Assembly: GCA_002245135.1 (NCBI GenBank)
Contig: NGBS01001209.1
Location: 1 to 41,180 of the forward strand
Length of the DNA stretch: 41,180 nt
Reading direction: 5' to 3'
Origin: Proteromonas lacertae
Taxonomy: Eukaryota
A program made the translations under genes and the position numbers. Positions 24,975-37,070 of this stretch are shown one piece after another. How positions within the stretch are numbered: the first letter of the stretch is position 1; each line of letters starts with the position of its first letter. The notes below the pieces were generated by a model. It was not told where the DNA came from. It searched no databases and saw nothing but the letters and a program-made list of their open reading frames with translations.

Positions 24975-25392
24975 TAGTTTTTAATTTATTAAGATATTAT
25001 AGTAGATAATAATTGTGTTTCATAGAATATATTTCATTTGTTGTTGAGTATTAACAATCATCTATTAAATCTAACATTATAACCTCAATTATATCTATAT
25101 TACTCCATAATTAAATTAATTATAAGCAATAACACCTCAATACTAATCAAACGAACTAAACAGTCTGATTATAATTGTTTTAAAAAATCGTATATTATAT
25201 TCCAAACTATTGTATATTTATCATGTATAGAGATATGCATGTTCTGAAGCTCAACAGTTTCTCGATCAGTTACAAATTTAAAAAAAATAAATATTTGAGA
25301 GAGTTGAATCTGTAACGAACATTTTAACTTTCGTTAATATAAATAACAGTTATTATTTTAAGTCCATTTTTCTCATTATCTAATAAATAAAT

Positions 25393-25842
25393 ATGTCTGA
25401 CGAAAACCCAGAAGTGAAAGTAGAAAATCCAGAAGAACCAAAACCAGAAGAAGCTCCAGCAGCCGATGCACCAGCAGCTGATGCTCCACCAGCAGAAGGT
25501 GAAGCTGCACCTGCAGCAGAAGGAGAGAAACCAGCAGAAGGAGAAGCAGCAGCACCAGCCGAAGGTGAAAAACCAGCAGATGCTCCAGCAGAAGGAGAAA
25601 AGCCAGCTGAAGGAGGTGAAGCCGCACCAGCAGCAGAAGGAGAAGCAGCTCCAGCAGCAGAAGGTGAAAAACCAGCTGAAGGCGCTGAAGAAAAGAAAGA
25701 TGAACCAAAACCAGAAGAACCAAAACCAGAAGAAAAGAAAGAAGAGCCAAAGCCAGAGGAGAAGAAAGAAGAACCTAAAAAAGAAGAGCCAAAGAAAGAA
25801 GAAGCAAAGAAGGATGGATCTTGTGCGTGTATTGTTATGTAA
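25393..25842 (+). CDS. Acidic disordered P/A/E/K-repeat protein with C-terminal CaaX (SCACIVM)
   Basis: Repeats PAEGEKPAEGEAAPA and EEPKPEE; intronless; GC above the local background; CIVM terminus. Confidence 0.9.
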   Translation: MSDENPEVKVENPEEPKPEEAPAADAPAADAPPAEGEAAPAAEGEKPAEGEAAAPAEGEKPADAPAEGEKPAEGGEAAPAAEGEAAPAAEGEKPAEGAEEKKDEPKPEEPKPEEKKEEPKPEEKKEEPKKEEPKKEEAKKDGSCACIVM

Positions 25843-26070
25843 TTTATTATTATGCATCTATTATTATTAACAAGGCAAATTGGTTTTAGGGAATTTAAAT
25901 ATATATTATTATCTTTTTTTTAATCTCATATTATCTGAGTTTCATAAAATTATTTGTTTGAATTAGAAAAACCCAATTAGAAAAACCCAATAACAAAAAA
26001 TATTCTATATATATTTATTTTTTTATTGTATGAAACATATAATCATCCAACAATCAAATATATTACTCAT

Positions 26071-27622
26071 CTACTTCTTTAATTTTGATAATTCAGCTAA
26101 AGTTCCAACCAAACTCTTGTAGAATGGTAAAACAGATGATATCTTTAATCTCTCATTTGGTGTGTGTGGATTTGTGATATGTGGTCCAATTGAAGTACAT
26201 TCAATATTTGGATATACTCCCATGAATAAACCACACTCTAAACCGGCATGAATGGCATATACCTTAATATCTTCAGTACCATATGCCTTCTTAGTCTCAG
26301 CAATCATGACTTTAGCTAATTCACACTCTGGAGCTGGTTTCCAACCTGGATAAGCACCCATCTTTTCTGATAATATCAATCCTGCTAATGAGCATATTGA
26401 ATTTAACCAAGTGTACATCCATTCTCTTTGTGAATCTGAGAATGATCTGCAACTTCCTGTGAATGTAAATTGTGAATCAGTGGTAGCACATACAGCAACA
26501 TTGATTGATGTTTCTACTAAGCCAGGAACATCTGGTGACCATCTAACTGGACCAAATGTAACATGATTACAGAAATTGACTAATCTCATAGTCTCAGTCA
26601 AGTTAACTGGTGAGAAGGATGGAGCTGGTAAATCAGCGATCTTTAATACAACTTCTTTTTCAATTGTAGCATATTCTTCTTTAAATGTGTTCCATTCTTG
26701 GTTGATTAATTTAACAAAGTTTTCTGCTTCTGTTGATGGAATAGCAACTTCTACTGTGCAATCTCTTGGAATTGTGTTGTGTGCACTACCACCATTGAAT
26801 GAACAGAGTAAGAATTTGGTTGATTCGCATTTCTTTAATAATCTTCCCATTACCATCAAACTATTAGCATGACCACAGTGAATATCACATCCTGAATGGC
26901 CTCCTAAGAATCCTCTGATATCAATACTCTTGTAAACGTGAGTATTTTGAATGATTGAAGTTCTTTGGACTGGTTGGTAGATCTTGAATACGAAACCTCC
27001 AGCACATCCTAAACATACTGATTTTTCTTCTTCTGAATCAATGTTGATTAAATATTTACATTTTAAGATGTTCTTTTCCATAGCTTGAGCTCCGAACATA
27101 CCTGTTTCTTCATCTCTGGTGATTAAAATCTCTAATGGACCATGTACTAATGTCTTGTCTTCTAATATGGCAAAGGCTGTTCCAATACCAATACCGTTAT
27201 CAGCACCTAATGAAGTACCTCTGGCTCTTATGCTTGTGTTGTCTTCAATCCATGGTGTTAATGGTTCATTTAAGAAATCGATTTTTGTGTTATCATCGGC
27301 TTGAGTAACCATATCCATGTGGCATTGTACGCAAACGATTGGGGCATTCTCACAACCTTTTGATGCTGGTTTTCTAATGACAATGTTGTGTCCTGTATCA
27401 ACATATGGTTCATATCCTAAGGCTTTAGCCCAACTTGTTAAAGCTGCAAGAATTTTGTGACTATTTTCAATAGTCTCTTGGCTTTGGTTTGAGCCTCTTG
27501 GAATTTGAGTTACATTTAAGAAATGTTTAAATGCAGCCTTTGGTTCTGGTAATTGAGCCAATAAATCAGTTAAGTATCTATTTGTATATATTGATCATAA
27601 AATACTTTGTTGAGCATTCCAT
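26071..27622 (-). CDS. pepD: Aminoacyl-histidine dipeptidase (peptidase M20C, PepD-type); one 5' intron
   Basis: QCHMDMV, TSLGADNGIG, DEETGMFGA, NIDSEEE, GGHSG, IHAGLECG, HTPNERL. Start MECSTK/YLTDLLAQLPEP via a 28-nt intron. Confidence 0.95.
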
Positions 27623-27961
27623 GATGAATTAGAGATGAAATAGAATCTTTTTGAGTTGGATGAAAATGATTGGATAGAATAGTGTTTCTAGATTATTCCT
27701 TCATTATTCATGAATTGATATGAATAACAACTCAATTCATGTGTGTGTTGATCAAGCAATAGCACTGCATATATATAATGAAAAGACAGAATAGAGGTTT
27801 GATAAGTCACTGGTTAATGTCCTTTGTTTTATAATGCATTTAATAAAAGAATGAATCAAATACATGGTTTTAATTTCTTTATATCTTCTCTATATTTTGA
27901 ATAAACAATAAAAAAGTAATTTACACGTGTTTGACATAATTACATTAATAATTTACTCATA

Positions 27962-28752
27962 ATGACAGAAAATGATAAATCTCAATCCACAAAGAGAATG
28001 AGAACGGAAGAGGGAAGTTGGATATGGTATTATGAGATTTTTATTAAGTTGAAATAGTCCAACATGTTCTAATATGAATTGGCGTAATAAAACTCATTGT
28101 AACAGGTATTCTTGTAAAATGATATATTAACAGATGTAATCAACCGAAACCTAATGTAAATATTGCACCAGTTCCCGAAAATATTCAATCACCTCCATTT
28201 GTAATTCCTTATCCTTATCCAATATTTCCAGATTATGTATATATATATATATATATTCTTTTGTTTTTGTTGCTGTTGTTGTAATTGTTATTCTTTAATA
28301 TATTTGTTTTGTGTGTATTGTAATTTATTATAAAAGACTGCCAATTCTCAATTTTTAGCGTATGAATCACTAAAATCGTTTGTATGTATGTAGTAGTAAT
28401 ATTAGTAGTTTTTATTATATTTATTTATTATATACAACATATTTATTCTTTTTTTAGCATTTTTCTCACACACAGAATATCCATTTGACTCAGCATTACA
28501 ATATTTTATGACTATGAAAATGGCACTTCAACAAGATGGATTTAGATCTGCAATACCAGTAGCTTATCCTAACGCATTATCAATACAATCAACACCAAGT
28601 ATTAATTATTAATAATTATGTCAAATATAGAGTATCAAGGCCCAAAAGAAGGTGAGAATGGAAATTGGAAGTGTAGTAGCTGTGGTAACATTAATTATGC
28701 AATTAGACAAAAATGTAATAAGTGTAGTGAACCAAGATCTAAAGAACAATGA
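27962..28752 (+). CDS. Protein with two RanBP2-type zinc fingers (probably RNA-binding); 5 introns; missed by the ORF track
   Basis: GSWICPTCSNMNWRNKTHCNRCNQPK and GNWKCSSCGNINYAIRQKCNKCSEPR. Confidence 0.85.
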
Positions 28753-28801
28753 TATCTAATAATTAAAAATAAATAATTTACATTTATATCTATTGTTTAT
28801 A

Positions 28802-29881
28802 TTATTCTTTCTTTTCTTCTTGTGGTAATGATGATGTTGTGTTGCTATTGTCATTATTGTTTGTTTCAGCTTTATTCTCCTCATATTTCTTTAATTCTTC
28901 ATCTTTTTTCTCTTCTTTTACACTTTCTGCTTGATTTTCTTGAGGTTTATTATCATTCACATTTTCTTCATTTTTATTTTCATTTTCACCATTCTTTGAT
29001 CCTTCTTCATCTTCTTTATTCTCTTCTACTTTACTAGCTTCTGCTGTAGCTGGCTTACTACTATAGGTACTACTTATTGGAGTTATTCCATCATCACTCA
29101 TTTCATATTCTCCTTTACCTTCTTCTATGGAATTTAATGTTGAAACTGCATTGTTGATAAAATGAATAGTATTCGTATTTTCTGCATAAGATTCAGCTTC
29201 ACTATCATACTGCGATTTATTTTCATAGTATTTAAATATTAAATGTCTTGGAACATGATCTTTTACACTTCCATATTGATTTGTTATTCTAAATGTGTTA
29301 GAATCTTGATGTATTTTCGTTATTTGACCTTTCAAATAGATGTGTAAACTATCTACATAATCTCCTACTCTTAATGGAGGATATTCAAATTGATAAGCTT
29401 CACTATTTTATTAAAATGAAATTAAAAAATAACAAATATACAATCTATCTCTTTCAATTAAGTCTTTTCTTAAAACATATGGATCAAATTTCTTTAAACC
29501 ATGGTATAAATATTGAATTGCATAGCTTTTATCTGAATTTATACGTTTTACTATTCCTGGAAGATATTGTTCATCTTTATAGATTTGAACTAAAGCACCA
29601 ACTGAAAACAGTCTGTTTGTAGATCTTCTTGTCATTTTACGACTACTAGATAGTGTTGATCTAAATGTTGATTTTCTAACAAAAGAGGAAGCTCTTTCGT
29701 TGTTTAAATCTAGATCATATGAATTGTCTGCTTTAGGTGATAAATTGGATTTGGATAGTCTATTTGATGATTGTGAAGAAGGAGGACGAAGACTAGCCTT
29801 ATGCAAATTTCTTGTTCTATTATTAAGTGATTAATATTTGTTTAAATATGTGTATATATACGACTGTTTTTGATTGATCAT
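28802..29881 (-). CDS. Tandem Tudor/Agenet-like domain protein with acidic tail; 2 introns
   Basis: FSVGALVQIYKDEQYLPGIVKRINSDKSYAIQY and LRVGDYVD..KGQITKIHQDSNTFRI..DHVPRHLI. Confidence 0.6.
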
Positions 29882-30225
29882 ATTCTTTAACAAAATTGGA
29901 TGTTATTTTAAGAAATATTTGATAAAAAAGAATAACGATAAAAAACTATCCGTTTCAATTTTCATATTTTTGTTTTACTCATATACAAAATCATAATAAC
30001 ACTTATTAGTGATGTAAATAAATCATTAAACTCGAAAGCTATATTCTGAAAGAATATTAACTACACTTCTGTAAACTCAACAAAACACAGTTATTTTATG
30101 TTATTAAGGTTCTGCTATACATACGTACAACCTTTCCATAAATATGTGTAAGTAAATATTAAATCTTCTTTACATTCCAATCTCATAAAAATATATCCGT
30201 TTTCTTATTCTTGTTTTTTTATTTT

Positions 30226-31346
30226 ATGCCAAACCCAATTCTTAGTGATGAAGAAAATTCTGAAATTGAACTGATGCTGTGGGGAACTGAAGATAGAAAG
30301 GATGATAAAGAAAGATGGATGAAAGAGAGATTTAACTTCAAGTATACAAAGAAGTTCTTTAAAAAATAGTAATTCTGATGTATATTTCGGGTTAAGTCAA
30401 ACCTATGGAGGTCCTTGTGGAATTTTATCAGTAGTTCAAGTATGTTTTAATCTCACTTCATAACTCTAGGCATATATCTGGAAGTATTTGGTATTTCAGA
30501 GACTTGATAATATTCCTCAACCATTTGATTTGTATGTATTGATAATAATATGTTAGTAATCCAGAAAATTCAACACAAGATCTTTCTACCTCACTATCAT
30601 TATGTGTATAACATATAAATAAATCCAATATAGAATGGTTTTCTAATGAGTTGTGAAGAAGAACCATTAGAAGGAGAAGAACCAAAATTTCATCCATTTT
30701 TTCCAAATATAAAAGTGACTGAAAGTATTCTATTAAACTCACTATCCAATGCATTAAACGATATATTATGGAATACTGTAAAATATGATACAGATCCCAA
30801 AGTAAAAATAATAATGAAAAATGAAATGAATGAAAAAGAAATTCAAACATTTAGCGAAAGAACAGAATCACTCATGTCAATTCGATCAAATATCAATGAA
30901 TATATGAATGAAGATGGAGGTGTTTTATCATTTATTTATTCCGTAATAATGAGTAGAGGGATAGAAAGAGTAAAAGAAGATAAAGTATTCAATGATCCTA
31001 TGATAGTGATGTTTGGAAATACCTCAGCTGAATTGATGAATTTGTTATTATTAGGATATGCTACACAAAATGTATAATAATAATAATAATAATAATAAAT
31101 TCATTGTTAATAGTTTCACGATGGTATAAAGAATGAAGAAGGTTTATCATTTAAAGGAATAATCAGTCAACCAGATATTGGTATATTATCTATCCATGAA
31201 GCATTTGGTTATCAGCAGAATGGATTATATCTTAAATATCCGTTATATCCAATATGGTTAGTAGTTGGTGAAACTCATATCAGTGTCTTATTTAATGATA
31301 AACTAGAAACCACCACATTGAATAATTCTCAGATAATATGGAATAG

Positions 31347-31377
<31 letters not shown>

Positions 31378-32102
31378 GAATAGGAATCTTATATAGATTT
31401 AAAGAATTAGATAAAATTGGAAGTGAATGTATAGAAGTAATTGATTTTTCCAAACTTACAGAGTTAATAGATCCACCAGTATCCAATAATATAATAATTA
31501 AATGTGAAAACTTATTAAGAAAGAAATGTGAAGGAACATTAATCCCATTTCAAGATATCGAAATGTTATTAAAACCATATGTTTATAAGATAAGTAGTAT
31601 TGAAGATAATATAAAAAATTATTTCTATTATGAACCTGAAGTAATACAATCAACAACTGTTGAAAGTAATAGTAATAATAATAATGTAGAATGGAATTGT
31701 TTAAGTTGTACATATAAGAATAAAAGTAGTGATAAAGTATGTGAAATGTGTAATTCTTCCAAACCTAGTTGCTGTAATGTCTGGAAGTGTCGATTTTGTA
31801 GTAGAGAGAATGTTGAATGTGATGAATGTTGTACAAGCTGTAAACAAAACAAACACACTCCTTTACAACAATACAATTTCGTTGATCCTGATTTCGTTCT
31901 TAATCCTTTCAATATTTATTATTATTCAACAGTAATTCCTAAATCAGGTAAACAACCAATATATAAAGCAGAAATAAGTAGAAAAGATCCTTTATTGAGA
32001 TTTGGTCATGAAAGAGGTATAAATGGTATAATTCGAACTAAATGGAATGAAAGTGAAATAAAATGGGATGATATTAATGGATATCCTGATATTGAAAGAT
32101 AA
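30226..32102 (+). CDS. MINDY-3/4 family (DUF4205) deubiquitinase with inserted EF-hand-like segment and two RanBP2/NZF fingers; 6 introns
   Basis: GLSQTYGGPCGILSVVQAY (catalytic Cys), IMSRGIERVKED, ELMNLLLLGYA, YPIWLVVGETHISVLF (His), IIRTKW. Confidence 0.88.
31348..31372. repeat. (TA)n microsatellite inside an intron (similar tracts at ~2533-2555, ~28239-28256, ~37363-37375; (TAA)n at ~31073-31097)
   Basis: Direct reading; all lie within predicted introns. Confidence 0.9.
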
Positions 32103-32146
32103 AAATGAACAAACAAACAAGAATAAGATAATTATTATAATAAGTA

Positions 32147-32436
32147 TTATTTCTTTCCTTTTTGTAATTGAGATTGTTGTACCATTTCTTGACCTGCTTC
32201 CCCTAATTTCTGAACTGAACTTGTATATAAATCTACATATTTCTTTGCACATCTATCAATGCATGTCTTTTCTGGTGGTTGTAAATCAGCTTCTCCAAAT
32301 CTTTTCACGCATTTCTCTACACACATATGTGTAGATCTATTGTTTAAACACATTAAAATAGTGTATACTGATTTATAACAGAAAACATGAACTTTGTCAT
32401 GTATATTGTTTCTTCAACAGTTGGACCACTCTGCAT
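32147..32436 (-). CDS. TIM10: Small Tim chaperone (Tim10-like); 1 intron
   Basis: Twin CX3C motif: CVEKC...EKTCIDRCAKKY. Confidence 0.8.
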
Positions 32437-32542
32437 TTAAAGTGAAAAATGAGAAAAATATGATCAAAACAGAATCAAACCTACATTTTATAAATGAGTG
32501 TGTAAATTACAATAATTACATTCAAAAGCGTTTTAATGAAAA

Positions 32543-34983
32543 ATGAGGTATTTGATACAGGAAAAAGATGATTCTATAATGCTTTTGAATTTATCGAATG
32601 GTATATTTTGTAATGATGTTGTAGATAACACTATACTACAACTGAATCTTGAATGTGAAGGTGTTCCTGAAATTAGAGAAATAAATTTGAAAGGTATAAT
32701 AAAATTATCATTTTATATTTCGTATTTAGAAAATTCAAATGAGACAGAGAAAAGTATAAGAAATCTCTTTAATACATAGAGTTTTATGATAAGATACAAT
32801 CGCACATCCAAAACAATCTATATGAAGGAATTATTGAGATATTAAATAATTCTACAGACTATATGTATGAAACTCCAAGACAAGATGAAAGAAGCAATAG
32901 GCATATGAATTGTTTTACTCGTTCAGAAAAGGTGCAACCTATATCAGATATAACAATAAGTCAAAATAATAATAAAAGCATAATATTAAGTGAAAAGAAT
33001 CGATATTATTTGGTTGATGGAATTATTGGAATATATAATATTAATAATGGTATAAACAAACATTTTTAAGTTTAATCAAAATAGTATATTACTTAGCAGT
33101 TATAACCAAATCGAAATACATTGAATGTGAAATAGAAAACTGTAAAATATATTCTATTGAAGATTTAAAGTATATTATATTAAACAAAAATAAAAAATCT
33201 TCAAAGAAAAAGACAATTTTGAAAAATATTAAGAAATTATTTTGTAATGGTTCATTCTATTACTCGTATAACTATAATTTAACATGTAATCTTCAAAAAC
33301 ATGAAATAAACAGCAAAACACTTACATCCTACAAATGGAATGATTGTGATGAAATGTTTATTGTATTTTTATTTATTTTTTTTTATTATTGTATAGTGGA
33401 ATTATGATGCTTGTAATAAGTATATTAACAATGAGAATAAAGAAGAAGTATTAAACAATTATTTTACACCAATTATAAATGGTTATGTTGGTCAAAAGAA
33501 TAGTATTTTACATATTAAAAACAATCAAGATATGAATGTTGCTTTGACACTTATATCTAGAAGATCGTATATATTAACTGAAATATTTTGTTTATTTTTT
33601 GAATTAGACGTTTTCATGTTGGTACTAGATTTAATACAAGAGGATTGGATAAAAATTGTAATGTTGGAAATGGTGTAGAAACAGAACAGATATTGAAATG
33701 TAATAATCATTTGTATAGTTTTATTGAAGTATAAATTTATTATTAATTTTATTATTGTATAGATAAGAGGTTCAATTCCTTTGTATTGGAAACAGAAAAC
33801 AAAGTTGAAATATTCACCATCTGTTGAGATTCTTAATGATTTTGATAAGGTATAAATATTTTAATATATGTTATTTAAAATGTGCATAGAATTATGAAGG
33901 TTTTTCAACATATATGAATAATCTATTATCAAAATATGAAAAAGTGACTGTAGTATGTTTGATTAATAAGAAAAAGGGAGAAGGGAAATTGGGAAGTGAA
34001 TATGAGAATAATTTCAATAGATACAAAAATAGTTTAGATGAAAGCAATCAATCAAAAATATCATTTAATTGGTTTGATTATCATGCAGAATGCAGTCATT
34101 TAAGATATCATAATATAATGAAATTAATAGAAATAATAGATGAGAATATTAAAGAATATAATTTCTTTTCTATGGATGTAAAAGTAAACGAAATTAAATC
34201 CAAGCAGAATGGAGTGATGAGAGTTAATTGTATGGATAATTTAGATAGAACAAATGTGACTCAAAGTGTAATTGCTAGATATGTTTTGTTACTACAAATA
34301 CAGAAAATAACAGGTGAAGTATTTGATATAACTAAAGATAATTTATTGAATTTTGTTCAACAACCAGAATTAGAAAATGAATTTAGAACATTATGGACAG
34401 AGAATGGAGATAATATTTCTTTATTTTATGCTGGTACTCATGCTATGAAAAGAGATTTTACTAAGTATTATTTTAATTGAATTTTTCTTATTAAAATAAT
34501 AGAACTGGAAACAGAACGAAGAAAGGAGTGATTGAAGATGTAAATAATTCAGTAAAGAGATATTATAAGAACAATTTCAATGATGGTAATAAAAATGTAT
34601 ATATATATCTTGTATTATTATTATATTTCATAGGATATAATTAACATTACAACAGGCAATTATAAACATTCAATGATTAATTATGGTAAAATTACTAGTT
34701 CTACTTCAGTATTTATTTATTCTGTAATATTATATATATAGTGGAAGTTTATATTACTGTATATTATACCATTTGTATGTGTTGAAGTTCTGTTAGTGAT
34801 TTTCTTACCAAATTGTATATCAATATGTTTTATTATCTAGATTACAATATATTAGCATTTTTCCTGTTTTTCATTGTATATTCAGTAGTGTTTTGTATAA
34901 TATTCTTGAAATGTGGAATAGGTTGTGGTTTTTATTTGACTAATCAACCTAAAATGAAAAGAGAGTCAATAATTCAGATGTAA
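32543..34983 (+). CDS. SAC1: SAC1 phosphoinositide phosphatase with C-terminal TM segments; ~11 introns
   Basis: LISRRS, GTRFNTRGLD, VETEQ, RGSIPLYWKQ, FDYHAEC, RVNCMDNLDRTNVTQ, ISLFYAGTHAMKRDFT, RYYKNNFNDG. Confidence 0.92.
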
Positions 34984-35081
34984 TTTTTGATAAATTAACT
35001 ATTTTTCTTTTCATTTTGTTTGTTATTTTGTATGTGATGAGATAATGTGTTTTTTTTAATAAATCAAGCCTTACTCAAGCA

Positions 35082-35751
35082 ATGAAAATGAAAAACAATG
35101 AAAAACAAAGTAATGAAAAGGGAAAGGACCAGAGAAAAGTTTATGAAAAGTTTATGAAAAATATGAATAGTAAAGTATGATAGTATTCAATTTATTTGCT
35201 TCACAGATCGAAGAATATAAAAGAATTGAAAGTCAAATATCTATGGCACTCTCAGCAATATATAGCATCAAAGAAAAAATCGATGTATTTGGAAATGTTG
35301 AAAAGAATGATGAAGTAAGAGATTATAGACTTGGAATACTCTCACATTTTGCTAATATAAATGAAAATATGTATAAACTCTATTTAGATGAGAGTGAAAA
35401 GATGCTAAGAGGAATAAATTTACTTCTGTATATAATAATTCATTTTCATGTTTCTATAGTCCAAATTTAGAAGATACAATCAAGTCAATAAAATCAATAA
35501 ATGATGATGCATATGCTCAACACAATAGAGATGTATATTATCCCACAGATTATTGTACAATACCTCCAGATAACAAACCTTTATCAACAATACAGATATT
35601 GAATTTGTTAACTTCTATTTCAACAATGTATATTAGTCATTACTATTTTTTGAAACATTTAATGGTTGATACAAATTTAAGCAATATAAGAATACAGTAT
35701 GAAAAATATAACAATAATAATATGATTGATGAAAAGGAAGGTATTGAATGA
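35082..35751 (+). CDS. Possible C1orf109/AIRIM-like helical protein; 2 introns
   Basis: Open after splicing. LGILSHFANINENMYKLYLDESEKML and PLSTIQILNLLTSISTMYISHYYFLKHL resemble C1orf109-family blocks (by eye only). Confidence 0.45.
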
Positions 35752-35942
35752 TAATTATATATACTTTATAGTTATGAGGTTTAAAGCATTTTTGAAATTA
35801 ATGAGTTTATAAATCGTTTTAATTTAATTTTTATACATTTTTAATTTTTAGGCTTATATGTATTTTCTTATATATATTTAAATAACTATGAAACATTCTT
35901 ACTCTTTATTTCATTATTTCAAAATTATATTCGTTTCTGAAA

Positions 35943-36991
35943 ATGAAAATTGGTTTTGCTTTTGATGTAGACGGAGTATTAGGTAAAATGGGAAGCGACC
36001 ACAAAAGAATTGCAATACCTGGTGTGAAAGAATCATTAAAATTACTAGATTCTAAAGAGATTCCATTTGTTATAGTTTCAAATAATTCTAGCACTCCAGA
36101 AGAAGAATTTAGTAGGTATACATATGTTTTAAATAAAAATATACTAGAGTTCTTTCTGAGCATTTATTCAGGGAAGGTGATTATCAGATAAATCCAAAAA
36201 GAATGATATTATCTTCAACTCCATCTCGTAGAATAGCTTTAAGCTCGCCTGATAAAATGCTTTTAGTTTTTGCTAGAACTTATGAAGATCAACAAAATTG
36301 TGCAGATGCATATAATTTAGGCAAATACATTTTATTTGATGATTATATTGCACAACGTCCATATTTATATGCAAATCATCAGTATAAATCACAGAAAGAA
36401 CTTCCGATTTATTCAAATCCAGATGAAGATCCAATAAAAATTGATATGATAGTGTTTTACTCTGCGCCAATTGATTGGCTTGCTTCATTACAAGTTTTAG
36501 TTGATTTATTAAGGTCAAATGGCACTCCAGGAATAAAAAATGAACTTAAAAAAGATGAAGAACAAAAAGTTCAATTCTTTGCTGCAAATGGTGATGTTGA
36601 ATATGATGCTGATTATCCATTACCTCGTTTAGCTGTAGGTAGTTATATAGTAAGTTTAAAAAAATTATATAATGAGACAACAGGTAGAGATTTGAAATAT
36701 GAAATACTAGGAAAACCGAATAGAAAGATATTTGAAGAAGCAGAAATTAAATTGATAGAAGAGAATAATAATGTGAAATTAGATAAAATATTTATGGTTG
36801 GAGATAGTTTAAAGAGTGATATAAAAGGATCAAACAATATGAATGAAATTGGACATATCGAATGGGAAGCAATGTTAGTAAAAACAGGTATGTATAAAGA
36901 TGGAGAAAGTGTTGATGGATATAATATTAATTATATTGGAGATGATTTGTCAGATTGTGTCAATCATGTTTTAAACACTTATAAATTTTAA
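35943..36991 (+). CDS. HAD-superfamily class IIA hydrolase, CECR5/HDHD5-like; 1 intron
   Basis: FAFDVDGVL, VSNN, PLPRLAVG, GKP, MVGDSLKSDIKGSN, LVKTGMY. Confidence 0.9.
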
Positions 36992-37070
36992 TAGTTTGTT
37001 TTCATTCTATATAAAATATTCTTTATTCACAATAAACAAAACGAATAAACTATATAATTAAGTATATTAA

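Noticed and set aside
25324..25870. Overlapping hydrophobic or Gln-rich ORFs (also many short ORFs antisense to the giant gene, GAR1, pepD and RPS23)
   Set aside because: Shadow frames of repetitive or codon-biased real genes.
25963..25990. Tandem TTAGAAAAACCCAA x2 as a telomere-like or CRISPR repeat
   Set aside because: Only two adjacent copies with no spacer; a simple slippage duplication.
30008..30049. C/D-box snoRNA (GTGATGT...CTGA)
   Set aside because: Imperfect C box, only ~40 nt span, no terminal stem and no recognisable rRNA guide.
34225..34265. SAC1 CMDNLDRT as an inactive variant
   Set aside because: The catalytic CX5RT Cys and Arg are intact; only the second, non-catalytic Cys is replaced.
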